Source: an uncultured delta proteobacterium (GTDB taxonomy: Bacteria; Myxococcota; Myxococcia; Myxococcales; 40CM-4-68-19). Taken from it: a stretch of DNA of 64,000 nucleotides. The position numbers and the translations under genes were made by a program. How positions within the stretch are numbered: position 1 is the stretch's first letter; each line of letters begins with the position of its first letter. The notes below the pieces were generated by a model, which had not been told where the DNA came from, ran no database searches, and saw only the letters and a program-made list of their open reading frames with translations. The DNA is taken from contig CAIWCD010000013.1 of assembly GCA_903911145.1 (NCBI GenBank), positions 248,001 to 312,000 of the forward strand, given 5' to 3'. Shown here one piece after another: positions 1 through 9,324 of the stretch.

Positions 1-349
1 CGGCTTCGTCGCTGCGGACCCAGCGGAAAGCGATGTGCTCGTCCGAGATGGTCGGCTCCGCACCAGCCTCGGCGCGCAGCAGGAACGCGTGCTCGCGCAT
101 GGGCCCACGGCGCGCATCTTCGTAGCCGTGCGCGAAATTCAGGCTCGACAGCGGGCCCGTGATCTTCGTCTCCTCGTGCGCCTCGCGCAGTGCCGAAGCC
201 TCAGGCGTCTCGCCTCCATCGGCCTTGCCCGTCACTGGATGCAGGCCACCGCCGCGCTTCTTCGGCCGCTCAAGCAGCAGCACCTCGGGGCCCAGCGCCG
301 ACGGGCGAACGATCCAGACCAGCGCCTTCTCGCGGGGAGATCTATGCAT
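1..349 (-). CDS. NUDIX hydrolase (NudB-like); C-terminus runs off the window start
   Basis: Manual translation, not in the ORF track: MHRSPREKALVWIVRP...VTGKADGGETPEASALREAHEETKI matches the Nudix box GX5EX7REUXEE; also SDEHIAFRWV. Confidence 0.85.
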   Translation of the reverse strand, partial: MHRSPREKALVWIVRPSALGPEVLLLERPKKRGGGLHPVTGKADGGETPEASALREAHEETKITGPLSSLNFAHGYEDARRGPMREHAFLLRAEAGAEPTISDEHIAFRWVRSDEA

Positions 350-440
350 GGCGGCAGAATATCCTGCGTGGTACAGGTGCGCCGTTTTTCGCGTCGGGAC
401 GTCTTGAACTGGCGCGCATTCTGGGGGAGTGCGAGGGCGC

Positions 441-1730
441 ATGGACAAGCTTCCCGTCGATCTCGAATCAGGTGACCCGCGTCGCGGGCTCGCCAGCATG
501 GCACGCGGACTCGTCGGCTCCGAGATCCTCAAGATCGCCGCTGAGATTCGCGCCAAGCAGGCTGCGGGCGCGACGATCTGCAACCTGACGGTCGGCGACT
601 TCTCCTCGAAGGAGTTCCCGATCCCAAAAGCGCTTCTCGATGGAACCGTGCGCGCTCTGCAGGCGGGCGAGACGAACTATCCGCCGTCCGATGGCGTGCT
701 GAAGCTGCGAGAGGCCGTGCGCGACGACTTCCGCACGCGACTGCACATCGACGTGCCGGTCGAGTCGGTGGTGATCGCGGGAGGCTCGCGTCCCATCATC
801 TACGCGGCCTACACGGCGCTGATCGAACCGGGCGATGTCGTCGTCTATCCGGTGCCGAGCTGGAACAACAATCACTACGTCCATCTCTCCGGCGCGCGCG
901 GGATCGCGGTGCCCTGCTCCGCTGAGGATGGCTTCCTGCCCACGGCCCGCCTGCTCGAGCCGCACATCAAGGAAGCGCGCCTGCTCGCGCTCTGCACGCC
1001 CCTCAATCCGGCGGGCACAGTGCTCGCGCCAGAAGAGGTCAAGAGGATCGGCGAGATGCTCGTCGCGGAGAACAAGCGTCGAGAGCCGCTCGGGCAGAAG
1101 CCGCTCTACCTGCTCTACGATCAGGTCTACTGGCAGATCACGTTCGGCAACGCGCAGCACACGACGCCCGTGGCGCTCGTTCCCGAGTGCGCGCCCTATG
1201 TGATCTTCGTCGACGGCATCTCCAAGGCGTTCGCCTCGACGGGAGTACGCGTCGGTTGGGGCGTCGGCCCGCGCGCGGTGATCGGCGCGATGCGCGACAT
1301 CCTCGGTCACGTCGGCGCCTGGGCCCCCCGCGCAGAGCAGGTCGCGACCGCCGAACTCCTGCGCGACTCGGGCGAGCGCCAGCGTTACTCGGCCTGGCTG
1401 CTCGACGGCCTGCAGGCGCGGCTCAACAAGCTCTACAACGGATTCACCGCGATGGCCGCCGCGGGCCTCCCCGTGCGCGCGATCGCTCCGCAAGGCGCGA
1501 TCTATCTCTCCGTGCAGGTCTCGCTGATCGGCAAGAAGGGCATGCTGACGAACGATGCCATCCGCCGATATCTCCTCGACGAGGCGGGCTTTGGCGTGGT
1601 GCCGTTCCAGGCCTTCGGGCTGCAGGGCGAGACCGGCTGGTTCCGCTTGAGCGTCGGCGCGGTGAGCGAGAAGGAGATCGAGCAGGCTCTTCCGCGCGTC
1701 GAGGCTGCGCTGCGCCGGGCGCTCGAGTAA
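441..1730 (+). CDS. PLP-dependent aminotransferase class I/II (aspartate aminotransferase-like)
   Basis: NLTVGD, TPLNPAG, YDQVY, DGISKAFASTGVRVGW (PLP Lys), WFRLS; start chosen at ATG 441 after a G/A-rich SD. Confidence 0.9.
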   Translation: MDKLPVDLESGDPRRGLASMARGLVGSEILKIAAEIRAKQAAGATICNLTVGDFSSKEFPIPKALLDGTVRALQAGETNYPPSDGVLKLREAVRDDFRTRLHIDVPVESVVIAGGSRPIIYAAYTALIEPGDVVVYPVPSWNNNHYVHLSGARGIAVPCSAEDGFLPTARLLEPHIKEARLLALCTPLNPAGTVLAPEEVKRIGEMLVAENKRREPLGQKPLYLLYDQVYWQITFGNAQHTTPVALVPECAPYVIFVDGISKAFASTGVRVGWGVGPRAVIGAMRDILGHVGAWAPRAEQVATAELLRDSGERQRYSAWLLDGLQARLNKLYNGFTAMAAAGLPVRAIAPQGAIYLSVQVSLIGKKGMLTNDAIRRYLLDEAGFGVVPFQAFGLQGETGWFRLSVGAVSEKEIEQALPRVEAALRRALE

Positions 1731-1746
1731 TCCAGCGCTGGCGAAT

Positions 1747-1788
1747 CGAATATTCGCTTCACCGAATATTCGCATCTACGAATATTCA
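1747..1788. repeat. Three copies of the palindrome CGAATATTC(G/A) at exact 16-bp spacing
   Basis: Copies start at 1747, 1763 and 1779 in the gap between convergent genes. Confidence 0.85.
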
Positions 1789-1790
1789 AC

Positions 1791-1822
1791 GCGGGATATC
1801 ACCGTCGATCGGGATATCCCGC
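1791..1822. terminator. Hairpin between convergent genes
   Basis: GCGGGATATC-N12-GATATCCCGC inverted repeat. Confidence 0.55.
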
Positions 1823-1834
1823 GCGCTCGAGCGA

Positions 1835-2458
1835 CTATCCGCTGCAGGTGCTCAGCGTTCCGATCGAGCAGAACTGCGTCGGGGTCAGCGAGCAGGCCGG
1901 CGCGCCGAACGTGCCGCTGAGATGGCCGCTGGCACCGAAGTGCACATCGTAGCTCCCGCTGATCACACCGCCGCTGATCGACGTCACGCTGATGGTGCCG
2001 CTGGTGGAGACGATATCCGTCTGGCTGCACGCTGAAGAGTAGCGCGCAACCTCGGCGCCGGCCGCGAAGTTGTTGCCGCTGGCGTCGACCAGCGGAGTCC
2101 CGATCGTATAGGTCGCCGCGCCGATCGACGGAGCAGATCCGCCGCTCGTCGCGGGAGTGCCCGAGACCGAGAGGATGAGCACGTTGCTATCGGCGACAGC
2201 GCCGCCGGTCTCGATTCCGGCGCATGCGCCGCCGCGGTCCGAGAGAAGGACGAAGGCGAACGAAGCGGCCTCCGTGCCGCCGCACTCTGTGCCGGTATAG
2301 GTAATCGAGTCTCCTTCGGCCACGGAAGGGATGGAGACCGTGACGCCATTTCCGTCTGTGACTGACCCGTTCACGACCCCATCGCTGCTGTTGCTGGTTG
2401 AGGAGACGTCGCAGGCGCAAATCGCAGCGCAGGCCATCAGGCCGAGGAGCTTCTTCAT
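1835..2458 (-). CDS. Hypothetical Ser/Gly/Thr-rich lipoprotein
   Basis: MKKLLGLMACAAICAC signal/lipobox; GGAGG SD upstream; beta-rich body with several Cys. Confidence 0.75.
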   Translation of the reverse strand: MKKLLGLMACAAICACDVSSTSNSSDGVVNGSVTDGNGVTVSIPSVAEGDSITYTGTECGGTEAASFAFVLLSDRGGACAGIETGGAVADSNVLILSVSGTPATSGGSAPSIGAATYTIGTPLVDASGNNFAAGAEVARYSSACSQTDIVSTSGTISVTSISGGVISGSYDVHFGASGHLSGTFGAPACSLTPTQFCSIGTLSTCSG

Positions 2459-2530
2459 ATCGATTCCCTCCATGAAGCGTGAATGAGTTGGACGCAGTGG
2501 GCGGACAATCCTGCTGCAGACGCGGCCACG

Positions 2531-3091
2531 TCAATTTCCCTGGTGCAGTTTGATTCCAATGGACCTGACCGCCGGAGCCGCGCGATCGCCAGTGGCTTTG
2601 AGCTGCTGCTCGACATCGCCGAGAAAGCTTGTGTCGGTCGCGAGCGCAATGATCTGCGAATGGGCGAGATCGAGCTTCTCCAGCGGAGCCACGTTGCGCT
2701 CGGCGGCGGGCAGATGTTTGTGCATCAGCGACGCGAAGCTCGCGATCGCCCAGACGAAGAGCAGCCCTTTGGCGAGGCCCAGCGCTCCGCCGCCGACGCG
2801 ATCGAGCGTGCCCGTGATCGCGCCGAGGTGATCGTGCAGAAAGCTCCCGAGCAGGCTGGCGATCACCTCGACGCAGATGAAGAGCGCGATGGAGAACGCG
2901 ACGGTGGCGAGCGAAGGCGAAAGGCCAAGAGCGGGCGAAAACTCGACCGCGAGCGGTGCCGCGAAGATGCGCGCGAGAACGAGCCCGCCGAGAAATCCCG
3001 CGACGCCGAAGAGTTGGCGGATCAGACCACGCATCAGACCGAACACGAGGAAGACAAGCGCGATGCCGACGCAGATTAAATCGAAGATCAC
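2531..3091 (-). CDS. cvpA: CvpA (colicin V production) family membrane protein
   Basis: FDLI...GLMRGLIRQL, DRVGGGALGLAKGLL; 4 hydrophobic segments. Confidence 0.8.
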   Translation of the reverse strand: MIFDLICVGIALVFLVFGLMRGLIRQLFGVAGFLGGLVLARIFAAPLAVEFSPALGLSPSLATVAFSIALFICVEVIASLLGSFLHDHLGAITGTLDRVGGGALGLAKGLLFVWAIASFASLMHKHLPAAERNVAPLEKLDLAHSQIIALATDTSFLGDVEQQLKATGDRAAPAVRSIGIKLHQGN

Positions 3092-3109
3092 GTTATCCTC
3101 TCGCGCGCG

Positions 3110-3652
3110 CTATTTAATCAGCTTCGTCGCTTCATCGCGCTTCGTCTTGTAGTTCGCGTTGCCCGGCTCATAGGTGAGCGCCATCTTGAAGTTGCGCTCG
3201 GCCGCGGCAAAACGCTGCCCGGCGAAATCCTGCAATCCCGCAAGATAGAACTTGCGCCCTTGAGGCGTAACGCCGACCTCGAGCTCCTTCTCCTTCTTCA
3301 TCTCCTGCTCGCTTGCCTCGACGAAGCGCAGCTTGCTCTGCCGCATCGGTCCGCCGATATCCGCGAGATACTTGGTGCGGCGGATATCATCGCGCAGGCA
3401 GACATATGCCTCATTGATGCGCTTATAGATGCGGCTGATTGAATCCCGCAGCTCGCCATCTGCCAATCGATAGAAGCGATCGGGGTGATAGATGCGCGAT
3501 TCACGGTAATAGGCGAGTTTAATCTCCGCGGGCGTTGCCACCGGCGCGAGTTTCAAGATCTGGAAGTAATCGAGCTCGTCCATGATCTGCGCGAGCGCCA
3601 CCGCCTCGATCTCGAACGGCCCGTCGACGGCGGATGAATCTGCGTAGCTCAC
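3110..3652 (-). CDS. J-domain co-chaperone with C-terminal TPR-like helix pair
   Basis: DYFQILKL...IKLAYY...YHPDRF...RINEAYVCL (HPD motif); 4-nt overlap with the Hsp70 gene. Confidence 0.85.
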   Translation of the reverse strand: MSYADSSAVDGPFEIEAVALAQIMDELDYFQILKLAPVATPAEIKLAYYRESRIYHPDRFYRLADGELRDSISRIYKRINEAYVCLRDDIRRTKYLADIGGPMRQSKLRFVEASEQEMKKEKELEVGVTPQGRKFYLAGLQDFAGQRFAAAERNFKMALTYEPGNANYKTKRDEATKLIK

Positions 3653-5232
3653 GCCGCCGCCCCATCCGAGAGGACCGTCGCAGCGTTCTTCGCCTGCGCC
3701 GCCTGGATCATCTTCTCGGAGAGGCCAGAATTGAGACGAATCGCGCAGGTTGTCTGCTGGCCTGTCTCGAGATCAGCCGCAGTCACGTTGACGATCCCGT
3801 TGGGATCGATCTCGAACGTCACTTCAATGCGCACATCGCCGCGTTCGGCGACTCGGAAGCCGGAGAATTCAAACTCACCGAGAAGTTCGCACTCGGCCGA
3901 TTTATTCGACTCGCCTTGATAGACCTGAATCTTCACCTTCTCCTGCGCGTCGCGGTTGGTCGTATAGGTCTTGCTGCGCTCGATCGGGATCGGCGTGTTC
4001 TTCTCGATCATTGAATCGGTATATCCGCCGACCGTACCAACCCGCAGCGTCAGCGGCGTCACGTCGAGGAGGAAATGCTCGCCCTTCGACTCGAGCAGCG
4101 AGCGGGCCTGCAGTGCAGCTCCCATCGCGACCACTTCGTCGGGATCGATCCCGGTCATGGGATCTTTCTGGAAGTAATGCTTTACGCTGGTGCGGACAAT
4201 CGGCAATCGCGTCGGGCCGCCAACGAGAATCACCGCATCGAGATCGCTCGCGGCCATGCGCGCACTCTGCAGCGCCTCGTCGCAGACCTTGAACGTCCGC
4301 TGCACGAGATCCATCATCATCCGATTAAACTCCGACTCCTGCAGCGTCGCGATCAGATCGAGCCGATTGCCGCTCGGGTCCTGGCAGATCGCCTCGACGT
4401 GGATATTCGCAACACCATCGCGACCGACGTCGATCTTCGCCTTCTCTGCCGCCTCCTTGAGCATCTGCAGGCAATACTTATTCAGCCGCAGATCGATTCC
4501 CGTCTCAGAGAGAAATCGATCTCCCAGCCAGGTCATGATCCGATCGTCGAAATCATCGCCGCCCAGATAGGTATCGCCCGCGGTCGATAGCACCTCGAAT
4601 ACATCGTTGCCGATCTCCAATATGGACATATCGAACGTGCCGCCGCCGAGGTCATAGACGGCGATTCGCTGCGAGAGATCCTTGCCGAACCCGTACGAGA
4701 GCGCGGCCGCGGTGGGCTCATTGAGAATGCGCAGCACCTCGAGTCCGGCGATGCGGCCCGCGTCCTTGGTGGCCTGGCGCTGGTTGTCATTGAAATATGC
4801 CGGCACGGTCACGACGGCCTTGGACACCGAGTGGCCGACGTGCTTCTCGACAATCGCCTTCATCTCCTTGAGCACCAGCGCGGAGATCTCGGGGAGGCTG
4901 TAGAGCGATTCGCGGATCTGGATGCGGACGGAGTTGTTCTCGCCCTCGACGATCTTGTAGGGCATGACCGCCTGCGCCTTGCGCACTTCGTCCGAGAAGT
5001 AGTAGCGGCCGATGAGTCGCTTGGCCGAATAGACGGTGCTCTCGGCGTTGGTGATGATGTTGCGCTTGGCTCCGTTGCCGACGAGGACCTTGCCGTCCTC
5101 GAGGAAGCTCACGACCGATGCGTGCGTGCGCTCGCCGAGCGCGTTGGGAATGACGAGCGGCGCGCCGTTCTCGATGATGGAGACGCACGAATAGCTGGTG
5201 CCGAGGTCGATGCCGATTGCGATCTCGTCCAT
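3649..5232 (-). CDS. Hsp70/DnaK-family protein, short paralog without the helical lid
   Basis: GIDLGTS, TVPAYFNDNQRQAT, NEPTAAA, DLGGGTFD, LGGDDFD, linker LLDVTPL, VYQGE, FEIDPNGI; ends at 527 aa. Confidence 0.92.
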   Translation of the reverse strand: MDEIAIGIDLGTSYSCVSIIENGAPLVIPNALGERTHASVVSFLEDGKVLVGNGAKRNIITNAESTVYSAKRLIGRYYFSDEVRKAQAVMPYKIVEGENNSVRIQIRESLYSLPEISALVLKEMKAIVEKHVGHSVSKAVVTVPAYFNDNQRQATKDAGRIAGLEVLRILNEPTAAALSYGFGKDLSQRIAVYDLGGGTFDMSILEIGNDVFEVLSTAGDTYLGGDDFDDRIMTWLGDRFLSETGIDLRLNKYCLQMLKEAAEKAKIDVGRDGVANIHVEAICQDPSGNRLDLIATLQESEFNRMMMDLVQRTFKVCDEALQSARMAASDLDAVILVGGPTRLPIVRTSVKHYFQKDPMTGIDPDEVVAMGAALQARSLLESKGEHFLLDVTPLTLRVGTVGGYTDSMIEKNTPIPIERSKTYTTNRDAQEKVKIQVYQGESNKSAECELLGEFEFSGFRVAERGDVRIEVTFEIDPNGIVNVTAADLETGQQTTCAIRLNSGLSEKMIQAAQAKNAATVLSDGAAA

Positions 5233-5269
5233 GCACTGATGCTAACGCAAAAGCGTCGCGCCCGGGGCG

Positions 5270-6025
5270 TCAGCGCGCGACGATCGTGGTCTGGAGAATC
5301 AGCAGCGTGGCGTTGCAGACAAAGTGGAACAGCGCCGCGCCAGCGATGGTGCCACTGCGCGCGCGCAGCCAGGCGAAGAGGAGCGCTGGGAAGAACGTCA
5401 GGAGACGAAACGGCGCGGGGATGAGGAGGTGGCCGAGCGCGAAGAGAACAGCGGCAACGAAAGCTCCGCGGCCGAGCGAGGCATTGGCGATGCGAAGTCG
5501 GGGAGGCCACTGCTCCTCGAAGAGGCGCGTGACATAGCCGCGGTAGAAGAACTCTTCCGAGAGCGCAACGGCGGCGTGTCCTCCGAGTTGGCCGAGAAGC
5601 GTGAGTGCAACGTCGAGGTTTTCGGGAGCGCGGAAGGCGAACAGGCGCGGCGCAGCGAACGGGGCCGCGAGCTCACCAATCCAGCGCGGCAGCAGCGGAA
5701 CGATCGCGGCGACGTGCAGATAGCCGAGGACAAACGGAGGAAGAACCAGCAGGGAGAGAACGACCGCGTCGACGAGATCTCGCTGCCACCGCGAGAGCGA
5801 GAGGCCCGCATCGGAGGCATCGAGTCCGCGCCGCTCGAGCATCCGCTGCGGAACCCAGAGAAACGCCGCCACCGCGAGCGCACCGACCCACTGGCCGAGG
5901 AACGGGATCGCGCCGGCGAGCAACTGAATCACCGCGAGCGAAAGCAACGTCGCAGCCCAGACGAGCAGCGCCTCGCGCGCCGGACTGCCTCCGAGAAAGT
6001 TGCGGGCGACCACGGGGCGCACCAT
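5270..6025 (-). CDS. CPBP/Abi glutamic intramembrane protease, myxosortase (MrtX)-like
   Basis: EEFFYRG, FALGH, FFPALLFAWLRARSG, HFVCN; true start may be GTG at 6013. Confidence 0.85.
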   Translation of the reverse strand: MVRPVVARNFLGGSPAREALLVWAATLLSLAVIQLLAGAIPFLGQWVGALAVAAFLWVPQRMLERRGLDASDAGLSLSRWQRDLVDAVVLSLLVLPPFVLGYLHVAAIVPLLPRWIGELAAPFAAPRLFAFRAPENLDVALTLLGQLGGHAAVALSEEFFYRGYVTRLFEEQWPPRLRIANASLGRGAFVAAVLFALGHLLIPAPFRLLTFFPALLFAWLRARSGTIAGAALFHFVCNATLLILQTTIVAR

Positions 6026-6097
6026 AGCGCAGAGCGCGCGGGAGATTTGCCCGCGGATCGACTACTATCGATCACCGTAATCTTGCTGGAGGTCGCG

Positions 6098-6991
6098 ATG
6101 CCCCGCCGCCCGCTGTTCGCCCTCGCCCTCGCCGCCGCGCTCTCTGGCTGCGGAACACAGACGCTCGTGGCAGGCCTCTTCATCAACACGCCCGCGGTGC
6201 CCAATCCTGCGCAGCCGGGCACGAAGCTCGGACCGTTCTCCGCGCTGCTCGGTTTCATCGTCAGCGTCGACACGAGCAACCCGACGAACCTCTCGAGCGC
6301 GTCCATCAAGGGCGTAACGGGTGTCGACGCGTCACTCGTCTTCGAAAGCTGCGTCGGCCTCTCGACGCAACCGGCGAGCGACGGTGGAGTGAGCCCGCAG
6401 AAAGCCTGCGTCGCGAGCGGACAGGGCGGCACCGATCGGGTCATCGCCGTCGGAGACAGCGGCAGCGGACTCTACGAACTCAACTCCAGCGATCATCCCG
6501 AGCTGACGTTCGAGCAGGGCGTCACCTACACGATGATCCTTCAGGAGCCGGGCGGCGACGCGTTCGGGGCCCGCTTCCAGCCTGGACCTGCGCCGATCAT
6601 GCACGAATTCGTCGACAAGACGGCCATCAAGACGCTCACGCAGGGCGCGTCGCTGGCCGTGACGCGCGATGATCTGCCGGGCCCGGACGGGCGCCTGCTC
6701 CCCGCGGCGATCGTCGTCGCGTCGGTCGATCCGCGGCAGCCGAATGCGATGCCGAAGATTGTCTGGTCGTCGATCAAGTACACCGATCCGAAGACGCTGG
6801 CGCTGCTCGCGCTGAGCGACGCGCCCTACCGCGTCTCGAGTTTCACCATCGACGGATCGGCCTTCGTCGCGAAGGGCTACTACCTCGTCACGATGGTGTC
6901 CCTCGCCGAGGGCAAGGCGTCGGGAAATGCCTTCATCGGCTCGACCGCGCTCGCTGGAACGGGCGATTCAGGAATCGTACAGGTCAAGTAA
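6098..6991 (+). CDS. Hypothetical lipoprotein
   Basis: GGAGG SD, then MPRRPLFALALAAALSGC lipobox; GC3-rich codons. Confidence 0.8.
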   Translation: MPRRPLFALALAAALSGCGTQTLVAGLFINTPAVPNPAQPGTKLGPFSALLGFIVSVDTSNPTNLSSASIKGVTGVDASLVFESCVGLSTQPASDGGVSPQKACVASGQGGTDRVIAVGDSGSGLYELNSSDHPELTFEQGVTYTMILQEPGGDAFGARFQPGPAPIMHEFVDKTAIKTLTQGASLAVTRDDLPGPDGRLLPAAIVVASVDPRQPNAMPKIVWSSIKYTDPKTLALLALSDAPYRVSSFTIDGSAFVAKGYYLVTMVSLAEGKASGNAFIGSTALAGTGDSGIVQVK

Positions 6992-7004
6992 CTGCACGAA
7001 CGCA

Positions 7005-8351
7005 TCAGCTGCGCGTGCGCGCCTGGCGGATGTAGCGGTCGAGATCTTCGCGGTCGATGAGCGAGAGGATCTCGAGCTGGTTTCCCTCGCGCCGATAGAT
7101 GAGCCGCACGTCGGTGGCGACGCGAATCCGGTAGTGGCCGGGCAAGCCGCCGAGCGCGAGCGCACGCAGCGAGCCGTGGCGCCAATCCTCGGCGAGGCGG
7201 TGGATCTTGTCGAACGCAGCCCGCTGCATCCGGCGCGGCCAGCGCTCGATTGAGTCGTAGAACTCTCGCGTGAAGACGGGCAGCAGGAAACTCTGCGCGT
7301 CCTCTTCACTGGGAAGACCGTCACCCGGATTCGCATCCTCATCGTCGGACGCGTGCGCGATGCGCGGTGTCTCCTGTGGCCTCTGCTCCTGCTTCTCCGC
7401 GGTCGCAATTCGCTGCTCGGCCGCGCGGAGAGCCTCTTCGCTGCGCGCGAGCCTGTCGGAGACTCCCCGCAACTCGGCCTCTGCGCGGCGCAGATCGGCG
7501 AGCGCGCGACCGTCTCCTGCCGCAGTCAGGCGACCGAGCTCCGCACGCAAACTGGTCTGATCGTCGCGCAGACGAGACAGCTCACTGCGCTCTGCGGAGA
7601 GACGCTGTTCGCGCTCGGCCGTCTCCGCACGCTGCTCGACGAGCTGCCGCTGAAGTGAGTCCCTCTCGCGCTCGGTCCGCTCGGCGCGCTTTTGCGTCTC
7701 CTCGAGCGCACGCCGCGCGGCCTCGACCTCCTTGCGCGCCTGCTTCTCATCGAGCGTCACTTTCTTCGGCCCCGGACGGACCGGCGCTTCGAGCGCCCGC
7801 AGACCCTCGTCGATCGCGCTCTTCGCCGCGCCACCAGCGAGATCGTGTTCGAGGAGCGCAGCCCAGACGATGCGCGCGAGTTGCTGCAGCGGATCGCCGG
7901 TCACCATCACGTCGAGAACATCTTCGAGCAGGTCGGCGAGCTGCTCCTTGGCGAGCGCGCGTCCGTCGAAGAGCGGCGAGCGCAACGCCTCGCGCACGGC
8001 CTGCTCGAGCGACGCACGCACGTCCTCTGCGGCGAGATATTCGTCGGCGAGGACGCGCGCAACCTGCTCGGGAGGGAGCGCCTCGAGGCGAAATCCAGGC
8101 GTCGTGAGCTTGAGCTCTCGGCAGAGGGAAACCAGACGCTTGTCTGCAAAACAGAGTTCGAGAAAACCGCCCAGCCAGTCGGCTTCGAGCAGCGCGAGCG
8201 GCAGAGGAGACGTGGAAAGAGGAGGCGCCACATCGCCGCTCGATTCCGGCTCGGATTGCGCTGGACCTCCACCAGAGCCATCGGGAGCGATCACCGGCGA
8301 CTCCAGATTCGCCGCTGCCTTCGCTTTCGCTTTGCGCTTCTTCTCGCCCAT
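7005..8351 (-). CDS. Coiled-coil protein with C-terminal RelE/ParE-like domain
   Basis: Central E/R/A/L heptads; C-terminal FTREFYDSIERW...GHYRIRVATDVRLIYRREGNQLEIL; TTGACA upstream of ATG 8351. Confidence 0.7.
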   Translation of the reverse strand: MGEKKRKAKAKAAANLESPVIAPDGSGGGPAQSEPESSGDVAPPLSTSPLPLALLEADWLGGFLELCFADKRLVSLCRELKLTTPGFRLEALPPEQVARVLADEYLAAEDVRASLEQAVREALRSPLFDGRALAKEQLADLLEDVLDVMVTGDPLQQLARIVWAALLEHDLAGGAAKSAIDEGLRALEAPVRPGPKKVTLDEKQARKEVEAARRALEETQKRAERTERERDSLQRQLVEQRAETAEREQRLSAERSELSRLRDDQTSLRAELGRLTAAGDGRALADLRRAEAELRGVSDRLARSEEALRAAEQRIATAEKQEQRPQETPRIAHASDDEDANPGDGLPSEEDAQSFLLPVFTREFYDSIERWPRRMQRAAFDKIHRLAEDWRHGSLRALALGGLPGHYRIRVATDVRLIYRREGNQLEILSLIDREDLDRYIRQARTRS

Positions 8352-8447
8352 GCGGCGCGCACGCTCGTGGCGAACGGCGAGGATGTCAATCGCAACCCTG
8401 GCTGCAGAAGCGAAGTGCGAGGACACGCCAACTGCTACTCTCTTCCG

Positions 8448-9203
8448 ATGATCAACGGGACGACTCCTGCGCTGCTCGGGCGGCGCGCACTGGTCACGGG
8501 CGCGGGAGTTCGCGTGGGCCGCGCGATCGCTCTCGCCTGCGCGCAGGCCGGCGCGGACGTCGCGGTGCACTTTCGAGCATCGCGCGCAGAGGCGGAAGAG
8601 ACGGCGCAGCAGATTCGCACACTCGGTCGGCGGGCCGTTCTCGTACAGGGAGATCAAGCGCTCGACGGTGGACCGGAGAAGATCGTCGAGCAGGTCGCGA
8701 CCGCGCTGGGCGGGCTCGATCTGCTCGTGCTCTCTGCGGCGCAGTTCGAGCGGAAGCCCGCGAGGGAACTCGATCGCGTGCAGTTCGAGGCGATGCTCGC
8801 GACCAATCTGACCGGACCGTTTCTGCTCGCGCGCGCGGCGCTGCCGCATCTCGAGTCAGCAAGCAACTCCGCGATCGTGACGCTGCTGGATCTCTGCGGG
8901 ACAAGCCAGGTCTGGCCGGGCTACGCCCACTACGCTGCCGCGAAGGCCGGACTGGCGGCGCTCACCCAACTGCTCGCTGTAGAGTGGGCGCCTCTGGTCC
9001 GCGTCAATGGAGTCGCGCCTGGCTACGTGCTGCCTTCCGCACAGACGACGCCAGAGGAGCAGTCGCGCCGGATTGCACGCATTCCCCTCGCGCGCGCGGG
9101 CTGCGCAGAGGACGTCGCGCAGGCGGTCGTCTATCTCGCGAGTGCGCCGTTCGTGACCGGCCAGATCCTCGCCGTCGACGGAGGCCGCTCCGTTTCGCCA
9201 TGA
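8448..9203 (+). CDS. SDR oxidoreductase, pteridine reductase/FolM-like
   Basis: TGAGVRVG, YAAAK, VRVNGVAPG, VTGQILAVDGG. Confidence 0.88.
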   Translation: MINGTTPALLGRRALVTGAGVRVGRAIALACAQAGADVAVHFRASRAEAEETAQQIRTLGRRAVLVQGDQALDGGPEKIVEQVATALGGLDLLVLSAAQFERKPARELDRVQFEAMLATNLTGPFLLARAALPHLESASNSAIVTLLDLCGTSQVWPGYAHYAAAKAGLAALTQLLAVEWAPLVRVNGVAPGYVLPSAQTTPEEQSRRIARIPLARAGCAEDVAQAVVYLASAPFVTGQILAVDGGRSVSP

Positions 9204-9324
9204 GCGGCATCAGATGGCCAGCTGTGCACGATGCGCATTTGGATCCACCGTGCTTGGCCCGCGCGGTGCGATCGAGTTACAGTTCCAGTTCGGCCCGGAA
9301 ACCCCGTTCCCCGAAGGAGAATCG

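Noticed and set aside
1747..1788. Mini-CRISPR reading of the regularly spaced palindromes
   Set aside because: Repeats are 10 bp and spacers 6 bp, far too short; no cas genes in the window
2505..2530. sigma54 promoter for the 1835-2458 lipoprotein (TGGCCGC...TGC)
   Set aside because: GG-to-GC spacing is not 10 nt
5324..6097. N-terminal extensions in the ORF track (5324, 7692, 8849, 16448, 22898, 27986, 57378 and others)
   Set aside because: They overlap real genes; downstream starts have an SD, a -10 box or a stop-start overlap
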